Shown: positions 30,988 to 40,587 of the stretch, piece after piece | Position numbering within the stretch: the first letter of the stretch is position 1 | Layout: each line of letters opens with the position of its first letter | Origin: Treponemataceae bacterium | GTDB lineage: Bacteria > Spirochaetota > Spirochaetia > Treponematales > Rectinemataceae | Reading direction: 5' to 3' | Assembly (NCBI GenBank): GCA_963678065.2 | Contig: CAXXVZ010000005.1 | Span: forward strand, 736,001-800,000 | DNA length: 64,000 nucleotides | Made by a program: the position numbers and the translations under genes | The notes under the pieces: model-generated | What the model was told of the DNA's origin: nothing | The model's database searches: none | Seen by the model: the letters and a program-made list of their open reading frames with translations, nothing else

Positions 30988-31833
30988 GCTTTTTGGCGCT
31001 GCTCTTTCTTCTATTCTCTTCAAGTATTCTAATACCTTTCTTCCATTCTCTTTTCTTTTCGTATATCCCAATTCTTTTGATACAACAGATTCAATTTCCA
31101 TAACTATTTGACCTGACACATATAATGATTCCCAAAACTTTTGATCTTCATAATCGTTATACGTTTTTTCTATCTTTTCCCATAATTCTTCTGATACATT
31201 TTTTTTGATAAATCTTCCATACTTCCCAACATTGATTTTCCAACTATGTTCGTGTCCAATATGCCAAGATACTATTTTCAGAAAACACTCTCTGACAATA
31301 CTCTCATACATATACTTTGCATAACATAATTCTTTTCGTGCTATTCCTTTTCCAACATTGATAATACACCACCAAAACTCATTTACCGTTTCATAATACT
31401 CATGTTCTGTTGGTTGTTTTGTAACATATGAAAAATCCGATGGTTCATCCAATTTTTTTATTCTATGATCCTTATCAAGTACTACTTTGGTTAGGCTATC
31501 ATGTAACTTATTTTGAATTGTAGCTACTGGATAGAATGAAGCATCTATCCGTAATCCATCACTAAATTGCATCAAGAATATTGGGAATTCTATAGAATCC
31601 TCAGTACAACAATTGTGCTGAAGAATAAGAAGATCTCCAAAGAAGGCCATCCAGGATTGATCATCAATGAACTGTTTATATGAATTGACACCAAAGATAA
31701 CGTCATAATCTGAATAGTCATCGGATTGAATACTCGGATTGACACGAGATCCATTCAGCAAAACAAGACGAATAGACTCATGTTGATCACCAAAGGAAAT
31801 AATCTGATTCAACACTTGTTCAGTAGTCTTCAT
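30982..31833 (-). CDS. Aminoglycoside 6-adenylyltransferase-like (AadK/ANT(6) family)
   Basis: LNGSRVNP..D.YSDYD, FLMQFSDGLRID, NEFWW, GKYG. Confidence 0.85.
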   Translation of the reverse strand: MKTTEQVLNQIISFGDQHESIRLVLLNGSRVNPSIQSDDYSDYDVIFGVNSYKQFIDDQSWMAFFGDLLILQHNCCTEDSIEFPIFLMQFSDGLRIDASFYPVATIQNKLHDSLTKVVLDKDHRIKKLDEPSDFSYVTKQPTEHEYYETVNEFWWCIINVGKGIARKELCYAKYMYESIVRECFLKIVSWHIGHEHSWKINVGKYGRFIKKNVSEELWEKIEKTYNDYEDQKFWESLYVSGQIVMEIESVVSKELGYTKRKENGRKVLEYLKRIEERAAPKSV

Positions 31834-31854
31834 TTTTCTCCAGCGCCAAATTGC

Positions 31855-31995
31855 GTATAACGTTTGCCTGCCTACGACGTTGTGGCGAGCATCGGCGAGC
31901 CACAACGTGCCTGAGCGGAATGAGCAAAGCGAGTGCAGCGATGGCCGAAGAAGGAGCCGATAGGCGACTGATGAGCGTGGGCAGTGCTGTTAGTC
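31855..31995 (-). repeat. attC site, subtype A
   Basis: Consensus repeat. Confidence 0.85.
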
Positions 31996-32008
31996 GCTGT
32001 CCCCAAAA

Positions 32009-32965
32009 TCATCTCTTTCTTTTCTTTACTTCCACCACATAATTTTCTACTGCTTCTCGCGTCGTCATCCAATTCCTTTCAAATTTCACCGCAGGCAATC
32101 GTCCCTTCCTCGCAAGTAGCGATAAATACTCAAGAGAATACTCACAATACTTTGTGGCTTCCTTGAGGCTTATATACCCTTGATGTTCTACATTATTGAT
32201 TGGTTTCAGACTGTTCAAATACACTATCAATGAACGTTCTATTGATTTCCCGATAAAATCTACAAACTCTTGAGGTTTATCAAGATCGGCTTGTCGTAAC
32301 ACTCTATAATATTTTTTCCTATCCAGATTCAAAATCACCGCAGGAGGATATCCATGCTGCATGAGTACCAAATTCATTAATAACCGAGCTGTTCTACCAT
32401 TCCCATCGATAAATGGATGAATACACACAAATTTATAATGAACATAGGCTGCCAATTCTGGAACAGGTATCGAATATTGATGTTCGTAATACCATGCCAG
32501 AAATTCCTGTATCAAAGCAGGTATTTTCAATGGATTCGGAGGAATGTGTACTGCTCCGAGTATCCTGACAGCGGTTGTTCGATATACTCCAGCTTGGAAA
32601 TCATCAATACTCTTTAATATAAAAGAGTGAAGCTTTTTTATGAACAACTCATCAAGATTTCGCTTTTTGTCAATAAACGTTTCAAGGTATTCGATTCCAG
32701 CCTTGTGGTTGATAGCTTCAAAATGCTCTTTAAGCGATTTATTCCCAATGGTCAAACCGCGGTTCAGAACAAGCTCAGTCTCCTGTAAGGATAAAGTGTT
32801 CCCCTCGAGTGCATTCGAGTTATATGTCCATTCTACAATGAATTGCTCTTTCAATCGCTGGATAATGGCAGGAGGAAGTGGACGAAGGTGATCCAACTCG
32901 CGCTTTTTGCCCTCGATACTGGCTTCGAGAGTCGGATTCATTGACACAATCATATCGGATTCCAT
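32009..32965 (-). CDS. Fic family protein with C-terminal HTH-like tail
   Basis: SNALEGN inhibitory motif, HPFIDGNGRTAR; start uncertain. Confidence 0.9.
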   Translation of the reverse strand: MESDMIVSMNPTLEASIEGKKRELDHLRPLPPAIIQRLKEQFIVEWTYNSNALEGNTLSLQETELVLNRGLTIGNKSLKEHFEAINHKAGIEYLETFIDKKRNLDELFIKKLHSFILKSIDDFQAGVYRTTAVRILGAVHIPPNPLKIPALIQEFLAWYYEHQYSIPVPELAAYVHYKFVCIHPFIDGNGRTARLLMNLVLMQHGYPPAVILNLDRKKYYRVLRQADLDKPQEFVDFIGKSIERSLIVYLNSLKPINNVEHQGYISLKEATKYCEYSLEYLSLLARKGRLPAVKFERNWMTTREAVENYVVEVKKRKR

Positions 32966-33020
32966 ACATTCGAGTATAACCGATACAATGCCATCATGCA
33001 ATCTTGATTTTGGGGATTGC

Positions 33021-33158
33021 GACTAACGTTCTGCCTGTTTGCGACGATGGCGTGAGCATCGGCGAACGCCATTGTGCCTGAGCGGAATGAGCAAAGCGAG
33101 TGCAGCGATGGCCGAAGAGGGAGCTTGCGACCGATGAGCGTGAACAGCGCTGTTAGTT
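33021..33158 (-). repeat. attC site, subtype C
   Basis: gttctgcctgtttgcgacgatggcgtgagc...gtgaacagcgctgttagtt. Confidence 0.85.
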
Positions 33159-33285
33159 GCAGTCGTGACCTTCGAGCGCGCTTGGATGGGGAGACTTGTC
33201 TCTCCATCCAATACTCTATCTTGCGCGCGTTCTTCTCTTCTTCTTCTCTTACCCTTATTTTTTTTCTTTCACGATTGCAACTAAC
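33152..33285. repeat. ORF-less structured cassette, copy 2
   Basis: 134 bp (T-run 2 nt longer). Confidence 0.9.
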
Positions 33286-33417
33286 GTTCGCCTGCCTACG
33301 ACGTTGGCGAGCATCGGCGAGCCACAATGTGCCTGAGCGGAACGAGCGCATGCGAGTGCAGCGATGGCCGAAGAAGGAGCCGCAGGCGACTGATGAGCGT
33401 GGGCAGTGCTGTTAGTT
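33279..33417 (-). repeat. attC site, subtype A
   Basis: Consensus repeat. Confidence 0.85.
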
Positions 33418-33503
33418 GCTTTTATGACACGTCTTCATCTTCCCATTTTTACCATTTTCTCTTTCTTCATGTTCTATTACCAAATTCTTATCTTCACTAC
33501 CTT

Positions 33504-33546
33504 TTGACTTTTTCTTCATTATAGTATATACTATTATATATACTAT
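33504..33546 (+). promoter_or_regulatory. vapBC promoter with palindromic operator
   Basis: TTGACT-17-TATACT overlapped by ATAGTATATA..TATATACTAT. Confidence 0.7.
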
Positions 33547-33557
33547 TGGAGGATGCC

Positions 33558-33788
33558 ATGAATACTGCCAAAATATTTATTAATGGAAGCAGCCAAGCTG
33601 TGCGATTACCAAAAGAATGCAGATTTGATACTGATGATGTCTATGTCAGAAAATTGGATGATATCGTCATTCTTTTGCCAAAAAAGAATCCCTGGGCCTC
33701 TCTTATCAAAAGTCTTGATCATTTTTCTCCCGATTTCTTGAATACTCGTGATCAACCTTCATCTACTCAAGAAAGGGAGATATTCTGA
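33558..33788 (+). CDS. vapB: VapB antitoxin (AbrB/MazE fold)
   Basis: TAKIFINGSSQAVRLPKECRF. Confidence 0.9.
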   Translation: MNTAKIFINGSSQAVRLPKECRFDTDDVYVRKLDDIVILLPKKNPWASLIKSLDHFSPDFLNTRDQPSSTQEREIF

Positions 33789-34207
33789 TGCTCTATATGC
33801 TGGATACAAATATCTGCATCTATATCATCAAACGAAAGCCTCAGTCAGTTATTGATACGTTTCTAAAACTCACCATTGAAGATGTGTGTATTTCATCAAT
33901 CACCTATGCAGAATTGGAGCATGGAGTATCAAAAAGCGATTTCCCAAAACAGAACAAAATTGCATTGATACAGTTTCTTTCTCCCATTACAATTTTGCCA
34001 TTTGCTGACAGAGCAGCATCAGTATATGGAGATGTACGTTCAAAACTAGAAAAAGCAGGAACACCCATTGGCCCTTTGGATACATTGATTGCGGCACATG
34101 CAGTATCAGAAAACCTGATCCTGGTAACAAACAATACGAAGGAATTTGAACGAGTAGACTATCTGCAGCTTGAGAATTGGGTTTCTTCTCCTCTCTCCGC
34201 GTCATAA
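33788..34207 (+). CDS. vapC: VapC toxin
   Basis: YMLDTNICIYII, IGPLDTLIAAHA, LVTNNTKEF. Confidence 0.92.
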   Translation: MLYMLDTNICIYIIKRKPQSVIDTFLKLTIEDVCISSITYAELEHGVSKSDFPKQNKIALIQFLSPITILPFADRAASVYGDVRSKLEKAGTPIGPLDTLIAAHAVSENLILVTNNTKEFERVDYLQLENWVSSPLSAS

Positions 34208-34211
34208 TTGC

Positions 34212-34352
34212 AACTAACGTTCGCCTGCCTACGACGTTGTGGCGAGCATCGGCGAGCCACAATGTGCCTGAATGGAACGAGCGCAAGCGAGTGGAATGAA
34301 GGCCGAAGAAGGAGCCGAAGGCGACTGATGAGCGTGGGCAGTGCTGTTAGCC
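34212..34352 (-). repeat. attC site, subtype A
   Basis: Consensus repeat. Confidence 0.85.
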
Positions 34353-34384
34353 GCTGGGCGGATTTTTTCTCCCTACCCCTTCCC

Positions 34385-35020
34385 TTACTCTTTCTTCATT
34401 ACTATTTCCCATACTACTTTTTCTTTTTCATATCGTTTTAATTCTTCCTCACTAATGCTCACTACATTCCAATCAGTTCCAAACAATTCAATAATCTGTT
34501 CTTTCTCAAAAAACCTCTTATTCTCTCCATTGTTTTCATAATAATTTCTCTCTATCTCTCTTCCTTTCCTTGATCCATGATTCACATCATTGATCGAATT
34601 CACTCTACAAAAGAAATATCCTCCATGTTTCAAAACCCTATAAATATCTTTGAGTACTTTTTTTGTTGTTGCCCAATCAAAATAATGGATGGATAAATCT
34701 GCAAGTACCGCATAGGTATAATTATTTGAAAATGGTAATCCATCCCTCATATCAAATAGTCGTGTTTCTACTCCAGGAAATGTATGTTTTATACATTCAA
34801 TTGCAGCAGAAGAATAATCACACGCTATGAGAGAGAAGCCTCTTTCCAGCAGATACTTTGTATTATTCCCAGAACCACATCCAAGATCGATAACAGGATC
34901 ATGTTTCGCAGTATTAAGAAGACCGATATATGCCTCTAGCCAATCATCATACACAACTTCAGTATCGTGTAGACTCAAAAAGTACTCATTCCATTTGTCA
35001 TGTTGCTTATCCAAAAACAT
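34385..35020 (-). CDS. Class I SAM-dependent methyltransferase
   Basis: VIDLGCGSG, RVLKHGG. Confidence 0.85.
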   Translation of the reverse strand: MFLDKQHDKWNEYFLSLHDTEVVYDDWLEAYIGLLNTAKHDPVIDLGCGSGNNTKYLLERGFSLIACDYSSAAIECIKHTFPGVETRLFDMRDGLPFSNNYTYAVLADLSIHYFDWATTKKVLKDIYRVLKHGGYFFCRVNSINDVNHGSRKGREIERNYYENNGENKRFFEKEQIIELFGTDWNVVSISEEELKRYEKEKVVWEIVMKKE

Positions 35021-35056
35021 CTCCTGATACTTTTTTTCTCAAAAAATCCGACTTGC

Positions 35057-35198
35057 GGCTAACGTTCGCCTGCCTACGACGTTGTGGCGAGCATCGGCGA
35101 GCCACAATGTGCCTGAGCGGAACGAGCGCATGCGAGTGCAGCGATGGCCGAAGAAGGAGCCGAAAGGCGACTGATGAGCGTGGGCAGTGCTGTTAGGC
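35057..35198 (-). repeat. attC site, subtype A
   Basis: Consensus repeat. Confidence 0.85.
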
Positions 35199-35215
35199 GC
35201 TGGGCAACAACATAA

Positions 35216-35800
35216 TCATTTGTACAAATGAAGCTTTATTTTATGTAGTAGATTTTTGCCTAAATAATACTTCTGTATTGAGTCAGTTATATCATTTTCG
35301 CTTAATATATACTGATTAGAAAATGGCTTATCCGTAAGCAACTCTTTAAAAGTAAAATGAAAATCTTTTAATTGTTTTGTATCATCCATTAATGCCTTGT
35401 TTTGTATATTGCAAGTTTTTAGGTAATCATCCAAATTGTTGATTTCAATAGAAGCAATTTTAAATATTTTTATAAGAAATCTTTTCTCCGATTCATTAAG
35501 ACTTCTGCCTTTTAATATATCGAAAAATGATATTATTTTTCGATATATTCCTATGATTGAATCAAGACCTAATTGTATAATCTCCACTTTTTTTGCGTGG
35601 CTAGATTCTTTCCCTACCAGCAATATTGTTAAGAAAAATCCAAATATGCAAGTAACCAGTATATTTATAACATCCATAAAGCTATAGTTAAAAAAACTAT
35701 TCGAAACTTGACCCCATTTGCTAGCTGTCACATATGCCATGACTCCAATCAAAATAACTAGAGAGACCATAATAAGAATCTTTTCCTTTCTGTTACTCAT
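35216..35800 (-). CDS. Hypothetical protein with two N-terminal TM helices
   Basis: 194 aa ORF, third gene of a coupled operon. Confidence 0.7.
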   Translation of the reverse strand: MSNRKEKILIMVSLVILIGVMAYVTASKWGQVSNSFFNYSFMDVINILVTCIFGFFLTILLVGKESSHAKKVEIIQLGLDSIIGIYRKIISFFDILKGRSLNESEKRFLIKIFKIASIEINNLDDYLKTCNIQNKALMDDTKQLKDFHFTFKELLTDKPFSNQYILSENDITDSIQKYYLGKNLLHKIKLHLYK

Positions 35801-35801
35801 T

Positions 35802-36116
35802 TTATTCTGCTCGTTTTATATAACTTAAGACTTCTTCTATCAGTAACGGATCTTCATCAGACACAAGATCAATTCTAGATAATATCTTATCACTTCCATA
35901 TCTTCTGGCCAAACCTCCAAATACTTCTTCCAAAAATGCAGTTGAATAGCCTTCCACCCCATCAAGATCTATAAGTATTTTCTCTATATTTACAGTATCC
36001 TCAAAAAGTGGAACAAGAAACGTGTCTCGAAATTCCTCCCCCGAGTATTCTCCATCTCTCGAAAATCTTGCACCCGGTGTTTGTGAAAAATCGCGAGCAA
36101 TACTAATTCGTTTCAT
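35802..36116 (-). CDS. STAS-like DUF4325 protein
   Basis: DFSQTPGAR..SGEEFR..IDLDGVEGYSTAFLEEVFGGL. Confidence 0.8.
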   Translation of the reverse strand: MKRISIARDFSQTPGARFSRDGEYSGEEFRDTFLVPLFEDTVNIEKILIDLDGVEGYSTAFLEEVFGGLARRYGSDKILSRIDLVSDEDPLLIEEVLSYIKRAE

Positions 36117-37104
36117 CGCAAAACTCCTTAACAAAGTCCCAACAAATTAGCGTACCATGAAATTCAGATTCAATATTTATCACAGTATCAGTATCAACTA
36201 TATACATTCCTTTACGAGATATCACATTCAAGTTTTTTACTAATCCTTGACCTACAAGGTTTTTTATTTTTGGTAAACCTTTCCCTCTATATGGAAGTTT
36301 TGTCTCACTTCTATTTTTTTCCGAGAATGCAGATTTTATTAAGCTTGCATCATCTCCGATAAAATAATCGGGGATTTTTTTTCTAACTGTCGCAGGTATT
36401 CCTCGACCATTATCTAGTAGAGCAAATTGTATTTTTTCGCATTCCTTTTTATACAAAGCCATTAACCACCATCGTTTGCTCTTCATGCCTTCATAAGCAT
36501 GTTCTCTTACATTATTCATTGCTTCCATAATTACAGCATATGTGGCTTTAGTCATCAAGTTTCTTTCAATTTTAAATTTTTCTCTTACATAAGCTAAGAC
36601 AGCACCAGCTTCTGATGAAACAATCATATCATTTGTCCTGATTGATAATACTTCTTCAGTATCATGGTGAGTGTAAGAGCTATTTACATATTTAAAAAAC
36701 CCTGAAGATAAGAATACTTTCTTACAATAATTATCCTTTGGACAATTTCCAGATAACTTGTTTTCTTTATTATTGTGAGAGGCACTATCCATACGTGACA
36801 ACAAATATAAAACAGAATCAGGTGTTATTCTTTCAATATTTAAAAGATTCGCGTATGTTCTTCTTCCATGCCAAGCAGAACTATCTACTTTGTTCAAAAA
36901 TGATATTGTTTCTTCATAGTTTTCAATAATACTGAATACTTTAGGCGCCAGATATTCTTCTCCGACATACTTTCTGAAATTGAAAGTATAATTCTTGCCA
37001 AATCCTGTGATGTGATTTGTTTTAGTTTGTAGCTGAAAAACTGCTTTCTTTGATCTTACTGCATTGAAAGCTTTAAACTTATCACTTTTGTATAATAACT
37101 TCAT
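36103..37104 (-). CDS. HATPase (GHKL) domain protein
   Basis: EAMNNVREHAY, DNGRGIP, RGKGL, GTLI boxes. Confidence 0.78.
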   Translation of the reverse strand: MKLLYKSDKFKAFNAVRSKKAVFQLQTKTNHITGFGKNYTFNFRKYVGEEYLAPKVFSIIENYEETISFLNKVDSSAWHGRRTYANLLNIERITPDSVLYLLSRMDSASHNNKENKLSGNCPKDNYCKKVFLSSGFFKYVNSSYTHHDTEEVLSIRTNDMIVSSEAGAVLAYVREKFKIERNLMTKATYAVIMEAMNNVREHAYEGMKSKRWWLMALYKKECEKIQFALLDNGRGIPATVRKKIPDYFIGDDASLIKSAFSEKNRSETKLPYRGKGLPKIKNLVGQGLVKNLNVISRKGMYIVDTDTVINIESEFHGTLICWDFVKEFCDETN

Positions 37105-37132
37105 TTTACCAACTTGTATGTTGTTGCCTTGC

Positions 37133-37267
37133 GCCTAACGTTTTGTGCCTCTGACGTGTGCGACCGCACAGGCGGACGCACATGTGCCTGAGCGGAATGA
37201 GCGCAAGCGAGTGAAGCGATGGCCGAAGAGCCCTGAAAGGGCGATGAGCAGGGGCACGGTGTTAGGC
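37133..37267 (-). repeat. attC site, subtype B
   Basis: gttttgtgcctctg...caggggcacggtgttaggc. Confidence 0.85.
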
Positions 37268-37493
37268 GACGTGTTGTTTTGCGTCTTTTTTGGTAAACTT
37301 TTGTGTGATCTTCATTTCTTTGTTGAGTCGTATATTCTCATAGATTGATAATTTCATCATCCGGTATTCATCTTTTACTATGATATTTGTGATTAACATT
37401 GGCTTAAGCTGGGAGCATCCACCGCGAAGCGGTTGGCGCACTTTTTGCGTGATCTTTTCGCAAAAAGTGTGACAAAGAAGCGACTCAGCTTGA

Positions 37494-39412
37494 GTCGAGT
37501 AGGCCGGGGGATTTTCACCCCCAGCCTCTCACGGAACCGTACGTGATAGTCTCCCATCATACGGCTCTTCACACTTTACCATTGGCATACCATCCGTGCT
37601 CCCAGTGAATGAACAAGTGCTTTTTGCTGTCAGCCGCATTCTTCATGAGTTCGGCGGCCTTCATCCAACTCCTCTTCAGGCGCTTGTATGTGCACTTTGC
37701 CCATTTTACGAGGATTTTCTGGAACATGCAAAAGATACCGTACAATGCCGATGGCCGAAATCTGCCATAATAGGCAAACCATCCTGCAAGCTTCGAGTTG
37801 TATAGCTTCGACAAACTTTCGAGGGTCGCTGTCGCCGCCCTCTGGATTCGCCACGTCCGAATAGTGTCCTTGATCGCCTGCTCGGATGTTTTGCTGATCG
37901 CCGGGGTGAAAGCCACAAAGAGCTTCCCATTCTTCCCCCTCGCCGTGCGCGGCCTGAAGGTGAAGCCGAGAAAGTCAAACGTGGTCCTTTCATATACTCC
38001 CCTGCGGTTCCTATCCTGGCAATACACGATTTTCGTCTTCTCCGGATGTACTGTCAGCTTGCACTCGGCCAAACGCAGTTTGATCTCTTCCAGGAGATTT
38101 TCAGCCTCCGCCTGTGTCCGGCAGTGGATGACGATGTCGTCAGCATAGCGCTCGAAGGGGTTCCCCCCGTGTCTCCGTTCCATCCACGTGTCAAAGGCGT
38201 ACTGCAGAAACAGGTTTGCCAGGAGCGGGCTTATCACCCCGCCCTGTGGCGTTCCCGTATCCCTCTCAAAGATCATTCCCTTGTCGTCTTCTGCCGGGGC
38301 TTTGAGCCATCGCTCGATGTATAACTGAACCCACTCAGGCGGCTTGTGAAACTCCACCGCCTTCATCATGAGTTCCCAATCGATGGCGTCAAAGAACCCC
38401 TTGATGTCCAGATCGATCACCCAGTCATATTTCCAGCACCGTTCCCGTGCTTTCGCCACGGCGTGATGGGCCGATTTCCCAGGACGATACCCAAAGGAAT
38501 CATCATGAAACATCGGCTCCACCATGGGCTCAAAACACAACCGCACGGTCATCTGCGCGATTCGATCCGCAACAGTCGGTATTCCCAACGGTCGCGTTCC
38601 TCCGCTCTTCTTCGGAATCTCCACCCTCCGCACCGACTGTGGATGGTAGCTGCCAGAGGACATCCGATTCCAGAGCTTGTAGAGATTCTTCGAGAGATTC
38701 CCGTCAAACTTCTCAAGCGTCTGTCCATCGATCCCCGCCGCCCCATCGTTCGCCCGTACACGCTGGTATGCCTTCCATACGAGTCGCTTCGGTATGTCAA
38801 ACGGTTTTGCCTTTCCCATCCGTTCATCCTGTCGCCAGTTGGCGTTCAGAAAAGACACGAGTATGTCGGCCCCTTCGCTCCATTCCCGTTACAGGAACTT
38901 CATCACTACTACGAGCCGGCGCCATCCTGGCGACGTCCCTGTGCTCCGCATCGGTACTCTCCCTCTCGTCGGGTTCGCCGCTTGAGGTTCTCCCTTCACA
39001 TCGGAACGACAGGTTCCCACGTTCCATACAACAGCCCAGTATCAATTCACGCCGCCTTAATGCCGGAGGCCGTCCACCCAGTACACAGGTTTCCCGATGG
39101 ACTCTTTTCACAGCGCACTAGCTAATCACTGCTTTTGACCTCATCAAACTCACTTTCGACACCTCATCGGTCGGTTCACTTTCGTTCGCCTCCTGATACC
39201 ACACCTGACCCCGTCATGCGGGGGCCTTTTAACCAGATACGTTCACCACCGGGACTCTTTATCCAAGCAGCTTCTGGCGGTTTGAGACCGGCTCCTGCAA
39301 GCAGATCCCGAGGCTCACACCAGCTACCCCGGTGTTTCCTCATCTGTCGTACAGCTCTTATGACACCTCCTGAATCACTATTCAAAAGTGCCCATCAGAT
39401 TTCGTGGCACAC
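37494..39412 (-). mobile_element. Group II intron (RmInt1-like)
   Basis: 5' GTGTG; domain V GAGCCGTATGATGGGAGACTATCACGTACGGTTC; domain VI ending CTACTCGAC. Confidence 0.92.
37569..38819 (-). CDS. ltrA: Group II intron reverse transcriptase/maturase, no endonuclease domain
   Basis: LWNRMSSGSY, RPLGIPTVADR, GTPQGGVISPLLAN, RYADD. Confidence 0.93.
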   Translation of the reverse strand: MGKAKPFDIPKRLVWKAYQRVRANDGAAGIDGQTLEKFDGNLSKNLYKLWNRMSSGSYHPQSVRRVEIPKKSGGTRPLGIPTVADRIAQMTVRLCFEPMVEPMFHDDSFGYRPGKSAHHAVAKARERCWKYDWVIDLDIKGFFDAIDWELMMKAVEFHKPPEWVQLYIERWLKAPAEDDKGMIFERDTGTPQGGVISPLLANLFLQYAFDTWMERRHGGNPFERYADDIVIHCRTQAEAENLLEEIKLRLAECKLTVHPEKTKIVYCQDRNRRGVYERTTFDFLGFTFRPRTARGKNGKLFVAFTPAISKTSEQAIKDTIRTWRIQRAATATLESLSKLYNSKLAGWFAYYGRFRPSALYGIFCMFQKILVKWAKCTYKRLKRSWMKAAELMKNAADSKKHLFIHWEHGWYANGKV

Positions 39413-39439
39413 AGCAGTTGTTAGGTGCTTCCGTTTTAT

Positions 39440-39823
39440 CTATACTTCACTTTTTATTTTAAAAATTAGTTTTTCAATACTAGTATCCTTCTTAAAAAAA
39501 CTAATAATTGATTGTATTCCTGAAATAACAAACCATCCTCCAAATATTATTGTTAATATAATAAATATTGAATAAACATTTTCCTTCGATAATCCAAATA
39601 TACTTTTAAATTCTGCTGTAAAAAATGACTGAAAAAATGAAACAAAAAATCCAAGTGGTATACTCCAATTGCGACTAGCATTTATTTTATTCTTGAAATC
39701 GTTAAGTTTAAGCTTAAGTCGATCTTCGTTAATTTGAACTATTATTTGGTCAGTATTTGAAATAACTGTAGTATTTACTGATGCTATTATTTTGCCATTT
39801 TTCATCCCCATTTTATTCTCCAA
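39440..39823 (-). CDS. Hypothetical 2-TM membrane protein
   Basis: 127 aa ORF coupled to the upstream gene. Confidence 0.65.
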   Translation of the reverse strand: MENKMGMKNGKIIASVNTTVISNTDQIIVQINEDRLKLKLNDFKNKINASRNWSIPLGFFVSFFQSFFTAEFKSIFGLSKENVYSIFIILTIIFGGWFVISGIQSIISFFKKDTSIEKLIFKIKSEV

Positions 39824-40142
39824 CCATCATTTGAATATCTAATTTGATAGTTGTACCGATTTTATATGTTGCCGGAAGCATGTAGACCTTTTTCCCTCTA
39901 AACGTTCCGAATTCAATCGGATCTGGTAAAGTAATGCCTAAATGACTATTCCAATTTTCAAATATTATTCTTGGATTTGGTTTATCTGGTACTATAGTCA
40001 TCTGCTGAATTTTTTCATTATTTACAAATTCAATTATTGCAGTAATTTTCCAATTATATATTTTAAAATCAATTTCAGCCTTTTGATTTTCAGGAATAAT
40101 TATACTTATAAACTGTATTACAGTCCATTTTCCAACTTTCAT
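39813..40142 (-). CDS. Hypothetical protein (DUF6864-like)
   Basis: GGAG RBS; F.NW.S.LG....P..FG pattern. Confidence 0.6.
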   Translation of the reverse strand: MKVGKWTVIQFISIIIPENQKAEIDFKIYNWKITAIIEFVNNEKIQQMTIVPDKPNPRIIFENWNSHLGITLPDPIEFGTFRGKKVYMLPATYKIGTTIKLDIQMMVGE

Positions 40143-40308
40143 TCTAACTCCTTAAGTCAAACTTATTCAATATTTTCGGTTTATTAATGCACCTAACAGC
40201 ATTTATCTTGATACATATAAAATGATTTGTAGAATACTTTCTGAGATCGTACAATACGCGAAAGTTGTATGCAATCTGCCTTACAAGGATCGCGCAAAAC
40301 AATATGTC

Positions 40309-40449
40309 GCCTAACGTTCGCCTGCCTACGACGTTGTGGCGAGCATCGGCGAGCCACAATGTGCCTGAATGGAACGAGCGCATGCGAGTGCAATGAAGGC
40401 CGAAGAAGGAGCCACAGGCGACTGATGAGCGTGGGCAGTGCTGTTAGGC
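40309..40449 (-). repeat. attC site, subtype A
   Basis: Consensus repeat. Confidence 0.85.
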
Positions 40450-40587
40450 GACGTGTTGTTTTGCGTCTCCCCTTAAAAATCTATAAATTCTTTTTATCCA
40501 TTCTCTAATCATTACGATATAAAAAATAATATAATTTATTATGCAAAAACAATGGATTAATGTTAAAGAGTACTATCCATTATACGC

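Larger units (their letters stand above)
37391..39426 (-). repeat. Foreign canonical-type attC (117 bp reconstructed) split by a group II intron
   Basis: Minus strand ACCTAAC AACTGCT|TCAAGCTG...CAGCTTAAGCCAAT GTTAATC after intron removal. Confidence 0.8.

Noticed and set aside
37569..38819. RT as a retron, DGR or defence RT
   Set aside because: It lies within complete group II intron boundaries with domains V and VI.
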